A DNA stretch of 63,766 nucleotides, counting the filler, from Welwitschia mirabilis (Eukaryota), in the NCBI GenBank assembly GCA_051453625.1. It is 5 parts of one record of this genome, joined end to end, with 100 filler letters (N's around TTAATTAATTAA, not from the genome) between each part and the next. Parts side by side here need not be neighbours in the genome. Positions count along the whole stretch, not along the records: positions 1 to 27,966 come from JBOZIK010000001.1; positions 28,067 to 55,438 come from JBOZIK010000001.1; 3 more parts are not named here. One strand, written 5' to 3'. Below are positions 26,511 through 40,613 of the stretch, piece by piece (position 1 is the first letter of the stretch; every line of letters starts with the position of its first letter). Both the position numbers and the translations under genes were made by a program. Under the pieces are notes generated by a model. That model had not been told where the DNA came from, made no database searches, and was given only the letters and a program-made list of their open reading frames with translations.

Positions 26511-27889
26511 AGAGGGTATTATTATCCCTTGCTAAGCTAGAAATCTTCATGAACACAAGGATAAGCTTAATAAAAGATATAACAAAAATATTAATTATAT
26601 CAAAAACATTAAAAATTAATTTGAAAATGCATAACATATGTTATGCATATCTTATAAGCTTAAATTATAGCATGTTGCTAGAGCAAAGAAAATTCAAGGA
26701 ATAATCCCATCATTTAACCCCTTATATGTGGTAAGCATAGCAAGAAAGCCTATCATTACAAAGAGAGAATCTTCAAAATGATATTCAAGAAACAAGAGAA
26801 TAAAGAAAATGGGGTGAAGGGATAAATTAAAGAGAAAAAAGACAAACATTAAATCTTATTAATACGTATGTGGAAGCGGAACTTCCATGAGTTCAATCCA
26901 AAGAAATAAGCATTGTGAGTTATGCATTTTTAAGGTTTTTAGGTGTTGCATTAGTAAGACAAGTATCATAGGCTACATGTATTCATTATTCAAGTACTAT
27001 ATTAGTGATACATGCTCTAAGGATTACAGTTATTACAAACCAAATGCTGCAGATATGAAAGGCAGACACTAAATAAGAAATTAATAATGATGAAGATAAA
27101 TAGTAACCATATAAGTATAGGACTAGACATCATGGTGTATAAAATGATTGTGTCATAGATAAAGCATACCATCATAGGGATGACAAGTAAATAGCACAAG
27201 TGAAAGATTCACTTAGTGGAAGCCTACACATTGATGAAAGCCATGGTAGGTAAACATGTATGCTAGGAGATTTACTTAATATATGGCCTATACATAAGTG
27301 AAGAAGTAAAGTTGTGAGTAAGAAGAAACACCTATGTATTAAAGGAGGAATGAAGCAATGTTAAGGAATGATAGAGAAAAAGAACAACATAGAAAAGACA
27401 ATAGTTCTCCTATCAAAAGCCTACAACAAACAAAAAAGAAAAGACAAAAGGACATGGAAAGAAGAATAACAATTACAATAACAAGTCATTCAACAATAAG
27501 GAAGAACACTATGATGCCATGGAAGGCATTATTAACACTGAGAATAACTAAAATAAAAATATTAAAGAGATGAAAGTATAAGATTAGAAAATAAGGGTTT
27601 TCATTGGGCATCAATTCCTACTTGTTAATCACTTATCTTGTTTAATAAAATAAAATTTCATTCCTAAAAAAAAAAAAACTCCATTCTAGTTTCACTTAAC
27701 AATATGTACCAAGTTAAGTGGATATCTTAAAAATGAAATTTAAATAAGATTTTTTTAAAAAAATATTAAATTCTTAAGTAATGGACCCTTGGTTGAACAC
27801 AAATGTGTGGGACACTTGGCCCATATGTAGTGAAATAGTTTGAAAGGAAAAGAAGGAAAAATCCCTTCTTAGTATATGTGAAATGCTTA

Positions 27890-27890
<1 letters not shown>

Positions 27891-27966
<76 letters not shown>
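27891..27966. repeat. (AAT)n(AAC)n compound microsatellite
   Basis: Directly visible; ends at a gap. Confidence 0.98.
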
Positions 27967-28066
27967 NNNNNNNNNNNNNNNNNNNNNNNNNNNNNNNNNN
28001 NNNNNNNNNNTTAATTAATTAANNNNNNNNNNNNNNNNNNNNNNNNNNNNNNNNNNNNNNNNNNNN
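27967..28066. other. Assembly linker 44N-TTAATTAATTAA-44N
   Basis: Six-frame stop linker; identical copies at 55439-55538, 57901-58000 and 61248-61347. Confidence 0.95.
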
Positions 28067-28490
28067 ACTAGGATATTATTACTTAGTAATACCCTTCAAT
28101 CCGAATTTCCTTGGTTACACTTAAATTATCTCCATACCCTCGAATCTTATACCTATATAAGATTTTTTTTAGTTAGTTGCCCTCCAATTGGTATTAAGTT
28201 GTGTTTATTGAGTTCTTTCCATTTTTTTTGTTATGATTTTAGCTTAAGTCATAATTATGTCTCTTACCCAATCCTTTACCACTCTTGGATCATTTCCTAG
28301 GTATCAAATTCTAGAGTGAAGTATGAAAATTCTTCCAACTATTCAAATTAGGGGTTATTTTTGGAGTTTTAAAATATCACTTGGAGATTATTTCAACTTT
28401 AAGGGTATGTGGGGTTTTACCATTTGGTATTATAGAATTAAAGTTTATGGAGTTTTTTTTTTTCAACTATAAAATTTAAGCCATTATACA
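28067..28490 (+). repeat. LTR U5-end fragment related to the 13930-20728 family, opposite orientation
   Basis: The reverse complement of 28420-28490 matches 18100-18170 (TGT.TAATGGC.TAAATTTTATAGT...CTCCATAAACTTTAA); ends in CA. Confidence 0.7.
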
Positions 28491-29728
28491 TAATCCCAAC
28501 AAAGGCACTAAGTTTAGAGTTAGAGAATTGTTTTCAAGAGGTGTTTTTAGTCTTTTATCTTTTAATAACTAAAAGTAAATAATAAAGTAAATGCAATGCA
28601 AGATAAATGGAGATTGAATGCAAGTGGAAATGGAATGAACTCTCTTGATTTTAAATTCTTCTATTATAAGAACTAGCTTCTCTAAAATTTAAATCAATTA
28701 AGAAGAGTATTCAACTAGTTCTTAATTAACATAAATTATGAGATCTACCAAATAGAATATAAAATGCAATGTAAAATGGAATGAAATGCAAATCTAATAT
28801 TAACCAAGGTTAACCTTAGCAAAGGTTACTCTTATGATCTAAATAAATCACAAAACTGTCACTTAATTATGATGAACTTAAATCATAATAGACATTCATA
28901 GAATTGAAATGAAAAGATCAATTGTATTAATTCAAAAGACTTTACATCCACTTGCAATAAGATAACAGCACCTCAATGTAACAGACTCAGTCTAATACTA
29001 AGGAAAATCCTTTTTTTAGCTCTGAATGCACCTCTTTTCATTCAATATTCCATCACAAGCATATCAAGTATAAAAAATAAATTGCAAGTGAGGACAAGAG
29101 GGGGTATTTGTAGTTTTATATTGAAAGTTTTAAGAGCATAACCCTAGAAGTTAAATAAGAAACCCTAGTAGCCCAAGTGGGTGCATGACCCCATTCCAAG
29201 ATAAGTTAGCCTCACTTATATAAAACAATTATCATCCTTACTATCATAAGGATGACACTATAGATAAAGCCTCATCAAAACAAATAATTCAATAGATTTT
29301 AGCTCTATAATTAGCTTTGCAGTTGGCTCTAATTGTGTTATCATCCCTTATGTCATGGCGATGACTATGGAGATGACACCACCCATAGAAATGGGTGATT
29401 CATTGGCTTCAACCTCTAGTCCATGTTGCTATTATAATAGGTAAGTATAGTGTTATCTTTCCCTCTATTATGGGGATGATAGTAGGGATGACATCCTTTC
29501 ATAGCTCTTCAAGTAAATTAAATTAACCTTCTTCATCATTAATCTTCCTCCAACATACTAAGTACTAGAACATGCTTGAAATGCCTTCAATTATGCCAAG
29601 AATTACATGTTTCTGTGATTATCCCATCAACTCTCCATAATCACTAGAATTACATCCAAACCTACATAAATTTCTTACAAAAGTACTCCAAATACACCAT
29701 TAAATTCTTACAAATTGGCATTGTAATA
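28491..29728 (-). repeat. Athila-type LTR, truncated on the left
   Basis: Reverse complement of 58001-58070 and 55540-55810 (TAATCCCAA.AAAGGCACTA, AACTAGCTTC); similar to 60182-61247. Confidence 0.7.
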
Positions 29729-30355
29729 ATAGGGCTTTTTATTAAATCATGAAACCCTAATCTTGTATCTTCTCAATCTATGATCATTAGCTTCATTGTT
29801 CCTATGTTCTCATTCTTTTTTAAAATCATTTCCATGCATGGATTTGGATTGCTATTCATCTTTATTCTCTACTTAAAATTCTTTGATTTAATTCCAATAA
29901 TAAAGTAATCTAAGATCTCTTTATGCATAGTGCAGCATGTCATGCATCCATCAATGAAAGATACTAGTTGTGCTAACAAACTTTATTGGTACACTTTTTG
30001 TAATCACTCAAAATAACTTAGTATAGATTCTACAATGTTCTTTTCTATAAGTAATAATCACTAGCTTAAACCTAGGGGTCATAATATAGCCTATCATTTG
30101 GATCATATCAAAATAATGCTTTAACATGTTTTGCAGACTTTATCACAACTATGTATACAAATCTTATTAACTCTAAAATAAAGCTAATAGATCTATAATA
30201 CATCACTGCAATCTCATAGTTGAGCCCTAGGTTGAATTTATCTATGATAAGAAATATGTTTGTGCTAGTATTTCATAAAACATTACTTCTCTCATCATTC
30301 TTATTAAGCATCAGAAATGTGAGAACTATGTCGAAATCACTATTAAATTAGATGC

Positions 30356-31378
30356 CATTGGGAAAATGAAGTGTTTAATGATATCACTAAGTAATAAAAC
30401 TATAGAACAAGCAAGACTAAAGAAGTGAAAATATAAGAAAAAGTAGGAGGATATCCTCTTGTAAAACTAGAATGTATCACCTGTAAAACTAAGACTCTAC
30501 CCCTCCCTTGTAGTTCTAAAGGACTAGGACATCCCCCTTATAAAATTAGAATGTCCTCCCTCCCTTACAGTTTTAAAGTACTAGGAAATCTCCCTTATAA
30601 AATAGGGACATTTTCCTTGTAGTTTTGATATAATAATGATGATAAAAACTAGGATGTCTAGCTAGAAATGATGAAAGGTCTTCCTAGGTGAATGTTGGAG
30701 TAGAAAAGTAAATCAAAATGATCATTGGATTATACACTTTAAGGAACTAATGGCTAAGAGACCTTTTGGGCATAAAAACCAAGTTCTAGAGAACTTCAAA
30801 CAAGAATCTAATAGCTATTTTTTTAAGGAACTTTATAAAAGATATTGTATCATTATCAAAATAGAGAACTAACCTATGTATAATCTATTTAAAAAAGAAA
30901 GACTCTTCTTCTCTATTTCTGCTCCTACATTGTATCATCTCATTGAGATATTATCATACCAAATGATAGTGTATTATGCATAAAAGGCATGAAAATCATC
31001 AAGTATTCTATTTAATTGATTCCTTATGAGTGCTCATTGGATTGAGTAAGCTCATCCTTGAGAGAAGGATGTTATAAACTAATCCTTGGTGAAGGGTGTT
31101 ATAAAATGACCCTTGATAAAGTATGTTATAAGATGCCCTTGGAGAAGGGTATTCTAAGAAATCTAGAAGGCTGAGAGCATGTTGTTTCCTAATGAGAGTG
31201 GAGTAGATAAGGATTATTGAACCACTATAAATCTCTGGTGCATACTTGTTATTTGTTTCCTTTTATGCTTTATTATTTGATTTCTTTTTTTGCTTCAAAT
31301 CTGAATTTATTATTATTAAGAAATAGTTTTAAAATACCCTATTTACCCCTTCTTCTAAGGTACCTTTTTATCCTAAAA
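30356..31378 (+). repeat. 5' LTR
   Basis: Collinear with 33956-35136; carries ~22-bp CCTTGTAAAACTAGGATGTCCC-type and ~27-bp CTTGGAGAAGGGTGTTATAA-type tandem units. Confidence 0.9.
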
Positions 31379-31443
31379 ATTAATATCAGATCCTAATTAC
31401 TCTAGATTAGTGTATTTTTTCTATGATTATAGGTTTATCCTAG

Positions 31444-33196
31444 ATGACACTCACAAGCTACATAGAAGGGCAATCTATCTTAAGACCTCCTCTATTTTCA
31501 TGATCGAATTATACATATGAGAAAACCAAAATGGCCATGTTGTTGTGGTCATTGGATTGCAACATTTGGGATATAATGGAATTTGGGTATGTTCTATTCA
31601 CTAAGAAGTTAATGGTAAATTGATGCCCAAACCTAGAAGTGAATAGAACTTAAATTAAAAAAGGTTTACCTAGTTAAATGTCAAAGCTATAAATGCCTTA
31701 ATATGCACTTTATCTTTATAAGAATATAATAGAGTGGTCTATTGATCAACCACACAAGAAATTTGGGAGACTCTAAATGCAGCTAATAAAGGAAAAAGCA
31801 CTATGAAAAATGCAAATCTATAGATGTTAACAACATATTTTGAGAACATCAAGATGGAGGAATGAGAATTGATATCTTAGTACACTAGTAATATCAATAA
31901 CATTATTAATTGCATGTAGGAACATAGATAAATACTTCCTGAAAATAGAGTGGTTTGAAACATTCTTAGAAGCCTTACCAAAAAATTTAGACTCAAAGTT
32001 ACAACCATAAAGGAAAGTAAAGATATTGATAGAATCTAAGTAGAGGAGCTTAGAAGGTCTCTTATGGCATATGAATCTTCCTTATAAATAGAATAGAATG
32101 CTCCAGAAACAGTTTATATGGAGGACAAAAAAAATAATCAAAGTAGTAAGGATTCAAAAGATAATTATCTAGCTATCTTGGCAAAGAATTTCAAAAATTT
32201 CCTTTGGAATAAGAAGGAAGACAAACTACTAGCCAAGGTATCCACACGTAGCAGCAACAAAGGTAAGAAGTCATCTAATTCATTACAATGTTATGAATTC
32301 AAAGGCTTTGATGATATTACATCATAGTGTACTAATAAAAAGAAGGAAAAAAATCTTACAAGTAGATAAAAAAAATGTTTTAAAGGCCACATGGGACTAT
32401 GATGAAGAAACTAAATCAAGTGATAATAAGGAAGCTCTTAACTTTGGATTATTATCCTTAAAAAATGACGTAAAAGATTAATTAGATTTTAGTTTTATTA
32501 CAATAAAAAAAGAAGAAGATAAAGTATTTTATAATTTTCATTTTAATGAATGTGTTGGTTGTAATTTTGAAGAAAATGAATTATCTAGAACCAATGAGAG
32601 TTTATATGAGCATAGTAATATACTTGGTAAGAAAAATGTAGCCTTGAAGAAATGTGTAGCCGAGCTTAAATTAAATATAAATGTTGCTAACAATAAGATT
32701 GTCCTTCTAAAGAATTATAATGTGTAAAGATAGTAGCTGAGTAGATAGTGAATGGAAAAGAGTTAACAAATTTTTAGGACTAGCTAAGAGAACCTTTAAC
32801 AAATTAGATATTAGAAGCTCTTTTGATATGTCTTCTATCCTTAATGTTTTTGGTCTAAGTACTAAATATTATTCTTTTAGTAAGAATAGCCTTAAATGTT
32901 TTTATTGTCAAGAACATGGATACATATAATTTTCATGTTCATACAAGAAATCTACTTATTTTGGTAATAATTTTAGATTCAAAAGCAAAAAGCTAGCTAA
33001 TCATAACAAGCATCATAAAAAGAGGAGCAATTGGTAATGGGTTAGAAAGGGCTTTTTGAGTCAAAATAACAAAAGTTATACCATCAAGAATATAAGATTA
33101 AAACATGATGGCAAAATGACAAAAGTACTAAGCAAGGATATATTTGTGCATCTAAGAATAAATCTAGTCATTAGGACTTATATCCTTAAGGTATGA
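31444..33196 (+). pseudogene. Sirevirus gag, decayed
   Basis: IEGQSILRPPLFS N-terminus, ILRSLxKKF/IKESKDI UBN2-like region, knuckle LQCYEFKGFDDITSxC and a second knuckle KCFYCQEHGYIxFSC. Confidence 0.85.
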
Positions 33197-33955
33197 TTTT
33201 AAGTTTTAAGGATTTAAAAGCAATCCTATATTTGTTGTCATCATAAGAATTTTTGAGTAGGTCTAAACCTTGAGTTATAATCTTAGTGTACATGCTTTAG
33301 TTTTCTTTAATTTTTAATGATTATTCACCCATTAATTAGCTTTGGATTTAAGTTTCTACTTGAGAAGTAATATATTCTTGTATTCTATCTCTATATCTAT
33401 AATGAATGGTTCTTAATTTATATATGTTGATGTAGGAGAAAGGGGAAGAAAATACTAAATACTTAAGTTCTATGCTTCCAAGGGATGGATTTATGCTTAC
33501 TAATGTTTAGTTTATGGTTATTAGAATGTAATCAATTACTATTTGATTAAAAAAATGAAGTTTATTACATATGTGCCTATTTTATCTTAGTATTATGTTT
33601 CATTGATGATAAAGTAGGAGAAGAGTTGTTCTTATCTTTGTTTTCTATATCTTTATAAAGTTATGCTTATTTATGTTTATAATCTATTTGATATGATGTG
33701 TATAATATATTAGTAGAATATCTATTGTAGTTTAATGTTATGACTATAGATTTGTTTATTCTACATGGTGTCATAAAGAATCTTACAAGATGAGTTTGCA
33801 CTATTGGGGTTGGCTAAAACCAATGCTTGTATGTTAAACACATTCTACATTATTAGAAGGCATAAATTTAGGGGAAGTAAAGCAAGTAGTACTCAACTCC
33901 TAACCTCTTCTTGCTGAAGTAGTTAAGGAATTATTATCGTTGAAAAGGAGGAGAT

Positions 33956-35136
33956 TGTTGGAAAAATAAAGAGTTTCAATAATGTCACTAAGTAATGGAA
34001 ATATAGAATAACAAAGATTAAAGAAGGGAAAATCTAAGAAAAGTAGGGGAATCTTCTCCTTGTAAAACTAGGATGTCCCCTATATAAAACCAATATATCC
34101 TGCCTATGAAACCAGGATTTACCCCCTCCTTTATAGTCCTAATGTACTGGGATGTTTTTCCTATAAAACTAGTGGAAATCCTAATGTACTAGGATGTTCT
34201 CTTATAAAACTAGGATATTTGACCTATAAAATCAGGACGTTTCCTCTCCATTATAGTTCCAAAGTATTGGGACATCCCCCTTGTAAAACTAGTACATCCC
34301 CCTTCCTTATAGTCTCAAAGTACTAGGACATCTCCCCTATAAAACTAGGATGTCCCCTTATGAAATTGAAACATTCATCTTATAGATTTGGTAGAATAGT
34401 GATGATAAAAGCTAGGACATTAGGTCAGAAAAGATGGGACATCTACCTAGGTGAATGTTGAAGCAAAAAAGTAAGTCATAATAACCATTAGATTGCATAC
34501 TTCATGTAACTAATAGCTAAGAGACCTTTAGGAAACAGAAATGAAGTTCTAGAGCACTTTAGAAGAGAATCTAATAGCTAGTTTTTCAATAAACTCTAAA
34601 GGTATTATATCATTATTAAAATAGAGAAATAACATGTGTATAATCTATTCAAAAACTTAAGTCTCTTATTATCTATCTCTGCTCTTACATTTTATCATCT
34701 CATTAAGAGATTATTATATTACATGCTATTGTATTATTTATAAAAAGCATATAAATCATTTGACCTTCTATTTAATTGATCACTTATGAGTGCTCAATGC
34801 ATTGAATAAGTTGACTCTTCAGAGAAGGGTGTTATAAAGTAATCCTTAGTGAAGGTTATTATAAAGCAACTCTTGGTAAAGGGTGTTGTAAGTTCTCTTT
34901 GAAGAAGGATGTTCTAAGGAAGCCAAGAGGCTAAGAGCATGTTGCTATTCCCTGAGAGTAGAGTAGATAAAGATTGTGAGATTACTATAAATATTTGATG
35001 CATACTTGTTATTTGTTTTCTTTGTGCTTTATTTTTTGATTTCTATTTGTGCTTCAAATTTGAATTTATTATTATTAAGAAATAGTTTTAAAATACCCTA
35101 TTCATCCCCTCTCTAGGATACCTTTTGATCTTAACA
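33956..35136 (+). repeat. 3' LTR
   Basis: TGTTGG...CTTAACA, preceded by the PPT and followed by the TSD; has more tandem units than the 5' LTR. Confidence 0.9.
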
Positions 35137-35208
35137 GATGCCTGTATCAGAGACATTATCTTCTTAAAGCATTAATTCTAATATTTTACCAAATCCATTA
35201 TATTAGAC

Positions 35209-38200
35209 TGTAACATCCTAACTTCAATTATCCTAATTAACCATTTTTTTAAGTATTATTAACAAACATGCACAACAGAACTTAGGATCAAATCCTATTT
35301 AAACTCTATTAACACATTATTAGATTTAAAATAATTAGAAAACACAATTATTACTTAACTATAGACCCTTTTGGTTTGCATATAATAATGATATCAAAAT
35401 TGTATCCTATATTTATTTCTAACTTTATTTTCACCATACAAAAAATATCTTGTATAAAGTTGATGGGATGTTAACTTATTTTATCACATACAATGGATAT
35501 GTTTTAGGATAGTTTCTAACCAGTATAATATGAACTTGCATCTCTTATTAATGGCATTCTAACTCAATATTTGACCATCCTCCATATGTGATTTGATTCT
35601 ACTTTAGGTTTTAAACTATACAAACATGGTTAGGCTCAACTCCATAGGCTCAGATTTCACCTCCATATGCTCCTAATATAGGTGACAGGTAGTATGTAAG
35701 ATGATGCATTCTTACAAGTAACCCTCACTTCTTTGAAGCATCGCAGGATGGTGTAACATGATCCTTTAATATCAAGGGCTTAAGATATTAAGTTGAAGTA
35801 AGTCCATGCATGGATAGGGCAGGATAGTAGTGATCAAATCCACTTACAGAAGGGTTTGGACATAAAAGTACAATGCAACCCACCTTGGTTATGAAATCCA
35901 AGTATGGGGATGAATAATTATTGAGATTATTTTGGTTTATTTGAATGCATGCATCATACAAATGTAAGCATACAATATGTGAATATTTAATGGATTATTT
36001 ACCTAATAAAAATAATTCTAATCATCATTTGATTCATTTTAAGTAAACAATCATATAAAAGAAAAATATAATATACAAGCATCTTTTTGGTTTCTTATAA
36101 AAGAAAACCAGACATTTTTCAAAACTTAGCAATGAAAATAAATAAATGAAAACATTTCTTTATTTTTCTATGTTATAGTAATTCTTTCAAATAAGACACA
36201 TTTATATGTCGAAGTTCTATTGTAAAAACATGTTTCATTTATGAAACTAACCCAACTTAAAAATTCCCTTTATCATTTCTAGGTGTCTACATAAAAATAG
36301 AGCTACATAAAATATATGCATGTGTTATTATGCAAAAAAATATTAATGAACCTAATTAATTAGACAATACATCTCTAGAATCATTAAGTAAACATTTCTA
36401 ATGTTTATGCATGAAAGAAAATAATAAGAACCTAAATTTCAATAAAAAGTATATAAAAGGCTAGAAAAAACATAACATAATTATAAATCATAAATAATAT
36501 TTATATTAATTTGGTACTTCCTCTAGATAATTTTTATAATTATTAAAATTAATTACAAATTTTCTTTCCTTTTAGAAGACATTAAAACTAAAAATTTATA
36601 ATTAATTATTTAAACATAAAAAAATAAAATAGACTTGTTTTAATTAAACTAGAATCATTATACTATTCCTAAAAACTAATTTTAATAAGTTTTAAATAGC
36701 CTAGATGTATGTTATATCCTTAAACATTTAACTATAAAAACATTGTATTAGTTGAAGAACTACTAACCTACTACCCTTCATTAAAATTGCTATAAATTTT
36801 AATCTACTTGAATTTTTTAATGAATAAATCCTTTTTTAAAAATCTTATTCAATTCTTTAAACATGTAATACTCCATTTGTACCTAGAACTCTCTATAAAT
36901 TCTAAAAATGGAAACTTGTTGCTTACTATTTTCTCCTTATAAATTCTCAGATATTTTTATAAAGTAAATTTTACAAATTATTTTAACTATATAAAAATTG
37001 TTGTTTTATGAATTTAACTTCATAACATAATTCAAGACCTATTAAAAAATTTTCATAAAATTTTATTTAGTATTAAATGAGTTATGAATTTCTTAAATTG
37101 CTTGACTTAAAAAGAATAAATAGTAAACTTTAAGTAAACTAAGCACAAGAGAAATCATACTAGTTTATAGAAATAAAATAAATTAATAAGTATGAATTTT
37201 TATTATAAATAAATAAACATAATTATAAGTACTATAAATTTATAATAAATAATACATCAATACTATAAGCTTAGGATTTTTTGAAGAAGAAATACCTAGC
37301 CCAAATAGGTTCTTGAGGATTAGACTTATTCACCCTAATGATACTCTAATGTAAATATGATCTAAAATGCATTTAAACAATAAAACAATGCAATACAAAA
37401 TGGGTATCAAAAATTATAGTAAACCCCTGGTCACTTGGCCAAAACATCTATTAGACACATAAAAGTTAAGCATGTTGAGAGGTTCCTCAACTTTCTTCCT
37501 TATTTTAGTCTACACCAATGGGAGGGAAGAAAATATATTCATAACCATTTGTAAATTCATCAACTAACCATGTAAAGAGATCCCTCAAATCTATCTTTTA
37601 TCTTAATATGAGCCAATGGGAGTGAAAATGCAAATCATATGCATAGGCCTAATGCGGGAAATGAATCTAAAATATTCATAAAAGCATAACGTACTTGGAG
37701 GAAAGAAGATTGATTATTCTTGAAGAAGATTGAGGAAGCACTAAGCTCTAAAAACATGTCTTCAAGATTCAAAGCTATAAGTTCTAAGCTTTAATCTCTA
37801 AGCTCCAACTCCACACTCAAGAGGAAAAAATATTGAGAAGAAAATTTGATAAAATAAACTTACTTCAAGAATACTAGTTTGAGAAGAAGGGATAAGGCTC
37901 TATTTATAGATAGATAGTATACTAAAGGTCCTTGATATAATTGGTTAAAGACTATCTACATTAGTTTATCCACAAGATAAAGAAAGCTCTCTTACTTGAT
38001 AATATTGATCAATGACAAGTTGAATGAACTTGTGTAAAAGTGACATTGACATGTATGACAATAATAAGATTGATCAATAACAAGTTGGATAGACTTATGT
38101 AAAAGTGATTTGGACATGTGAATGACAATGATAAGCTTGATCAATAAAAAGTTGGATGAGCTTGTGTAGAAGTGAGATTAATAAGATTAAGCAATAAGAA

Positions 38201-38440
38201 GTTGTAAGAGCTTATGTAAGAGGTGAAAGTGATGTATGAATGACAAAAGAAATCTTATTTACAACTCATGCACCTAATTTGGGTGAGTAATCTTCTTGCT
38301 TAAATTAACAATATTAATAACATATATCATTTCCTCATGTTAGTCCCTTTTTAATCCTTCATAGGCTCATAATTAATCCAAAATATATTTAAAATGCATT
38401 GGAAGAACAAATGCACCAATTTCAAAATTGTCATATGACA
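35209..38440 (-). repeat. Probable chromovirus-type solo LTR (~3.2 kb)
   Basis: Starts TGTAACATCC and ends ATATGACA; reverse TATA CTCTATTTATAG at ~37898; non-coding; TSD not recognisable. Confidence 0.5.
37995..38250. repeat. Degenerate tandem repeat, ~4 units of 45-70 bp
   Basis: Recurrent TTGATCAAT.ACAAGTTG.AT.AGCTT.TGTA.AAGTGA. Confidence 0.8.
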
Positions 38441-38734
38441 CAACAAGGAAAATAGTATTTTGTGCATAAAGCACTTTCATAAATATTAATAAGGATAAAA
38501 GTCATGGTAGAATAAATGATACTCATGTATTCTTTTTGGCTTATGGACAAGATTGCATGTCCTTATTTACATGTTTACACTTTTCATGATCATTACATCA
38601 ACAACACAAATCATACAAAAGGAACACCATAATTGAATGTAAGAAAAATGTCATAATTAAATGTAAGAAAATTCATAATTAAACATAGTATGCTTACTTT
38701 TTATCTACTTATTATTCTTTCACTCTTACCAAAT

Positions 38735-39200
38735 AATTTTGTTTTTTTTTTTTAAGATTTGAATAAGGCATAGGGATAAATGATTAAAATAAATATATCA
38801 CATGCCATTTTTGTAGACCTTTTATTTACACCTTCATTTGAAATTTTCAATTTAAATATTTAACCATGTAAATGACTTGTCTAATCATGCATAGGTTTAC
38901 TTAGTATTAAAATTATTATTATAATAATTATTATTTAAAATAATGAGATTATCAAAAACTAAGATTGATTAACTAAGTAATTTTATGAGTACCTATGATT
39001 CAAAATATTTATGTGGAATAAGAAATATAACATATTATTAATTATAAGGCTACACATTAAATCTCATTAAAATAAAAAAAAGAATGTTCATTAACATTTG
39101 ATATCAAAATTTCTTACATAATTTAGAGTCTTTCATATTCATATTGTTATGATTACCAATTAAGTTTATAAAATATGGAATGTAATAGGTAAGCCTTATG
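38735..39200. repeat. Dispersed ~450-bp non-LTR repeat, copy 1 (copy 2 at 47202-47632)
   Basis: Shared blocks ATAAATGATTAAAATAAATATATCACATGCC, AAAACTAAGATT, TTATTAATTATA.GGCTACACAT and TTGATATCAAAAT. Confidence 0.85.
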
Positions 39201-40560
39201 AAATAATTTCATAATAAAAGAGGTAGGTAATAAGTTTTGAGACAATGATGGATCATTTTATGATGTGAATGGAATTAGAGATTACCTAAGTAAAAGGACT
39301 TAAGGTGATGACTATATAAGTGGTGATTCTTAAGTGATTCCATGGAAGAGATACCATCAGGAGATATTGATTCCATTGTAGTTGATTCTACCCATCTTAA
39401 GTCTCATCAAGAAGGTGAATCTTATCTAAGAGTATGTAATGAAACTAAAATTTTCTCATTGTAAGTTTTTCTAGTGTAATTAATAGGTGAAGGCTTAAGG
39501 TATGAAATACTTTAAGTTCGAGGGTATGAAGGCTATGATTGAATGAAGGATCATGGAATGGGAGAGAATCCATGTGAACTTTTACATATGCAACTGTAAA
39601 TTTAGATGGAACATTAATGCAAATGGTAAAGTATATGTGATCAAGATCTAAAAATATCTATCCTATAGATACCTCATGGTTTTTCAACAAATCTTGTAAG
39701 ATATCATTTTAAGATGAAGATAAAGATAAGTGGTTATTCACTAGATGACATAAGTTCTTATCAAGATAAGTATGCATAAGATCATCAGAAAGTTGTTGTG
39801 ATTTAAAAGAAAGTTTGTCTTCTACATTAGGATTTAAATATTGCTCAAGAGATAGAGATGATATGCAAACTTTTTGCTTATGAGAATATTAAAAAGAAAG
39901 AAATGATTCTATATAAGATGGATTATCTATGTTCTATTCTTTACAATTTTTGCTAAATGATTCATTCTTTAATGTATAACTATTATCAACTATATATCTT
40001 TCATCGAATGGTAATTCATCTTCCAGTATGTTCTCATCCTCAAGATCCTTAAGGGTTTTTCTTGTCCCTAAAGGATGTGGTTTGGGATTTATTAATTTAA
40101 CTATTATTACTTCTCTTAAGATTTATATAATTAGGTTCCAAGGATATAGGAAGCTTCTCTTCTCATTATTGGATAAGTGTCTTAATAATTTGGATAATAG
40201 TTTAATTTAATTATTACATATTTTACTTAAGCCTTTATAAGATGCAAGAGGTTTATTGATTGAAATTTTGTTATGGGATATTGATTATACTTTCATGAAT
40301 TTATTAAGCATAGTTTCTAAATAATTAAAAAGTGATTATTGATTTTTTGAAGATTAAGAATATTGGTCAGAAGATAATGGATAAAGTAAAGGATATTTAT
40401 GAGAAAATAAAGAACGAAAATTAGAAGGTGAAAGAAATTTAAAAGAGGATGAGGAATAAGAGTTATGAGGGATGATGGAAGGTAAAGAAAATTCATGAAA
40501 TGATGAAGGACAAGAGTCATGAAAAAAGGTGAAAGGCAAAGACTTAATATTCTCTTAGAA
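39200..40560 (-). pseudogene. Low-complexity Athila-like 5' internal ORF remnant
   Basis: S/P/H-rich, then acidic, then S/P-rich minus-strand reading similar in layout to 56340-57900. Confidence 0.35.
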
Positions 40561-40613
40561 ATAGTAAATAAATTTAAATTTTAAATTATGAAAGTAAGAT
40601 AAAAGTTTATCAT

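Larger units (their letters stand above)
30356..35136 (+). mobile_element. gag-only non-autonomous Sirevirus-type Copia element
   Basis: LTRs 30356-31378 and 33956-35136, TSD GATGC (30351-30355, 35137-35141), decayed Met PBS TAATATCAGATC at 31381, PPT AAAAGGAGGAGAT before 33956. Confidence 0.9.

Noticed and set aside
26235-26637. ORFs with CVCVCV / THTHTH runs
   Set aside because: Translation of a (CA)n microsatellite and an N gap.
27766-27966. Poly-Leu ORF
   Set aside because: Antisense reading of the (AAT)n(AAC)n repeat.
28011-28022. TTAATTAATTAA as a biological motif
   Set aside because: Always centred in 44N flanks; an artificial linker.
30456-34450. Regularly spaced ~22-bp repeats as a possible CRISPR array
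   Set aside because: Degenerate tandem units inside paired LTRs, with no unique spacers, no cas genes and a eukaryotic context.
38735-39200. Geminivirus-like bidirectional origin
   Set aside because: No TAATATTAC stem-loop or Rep motifs seen.
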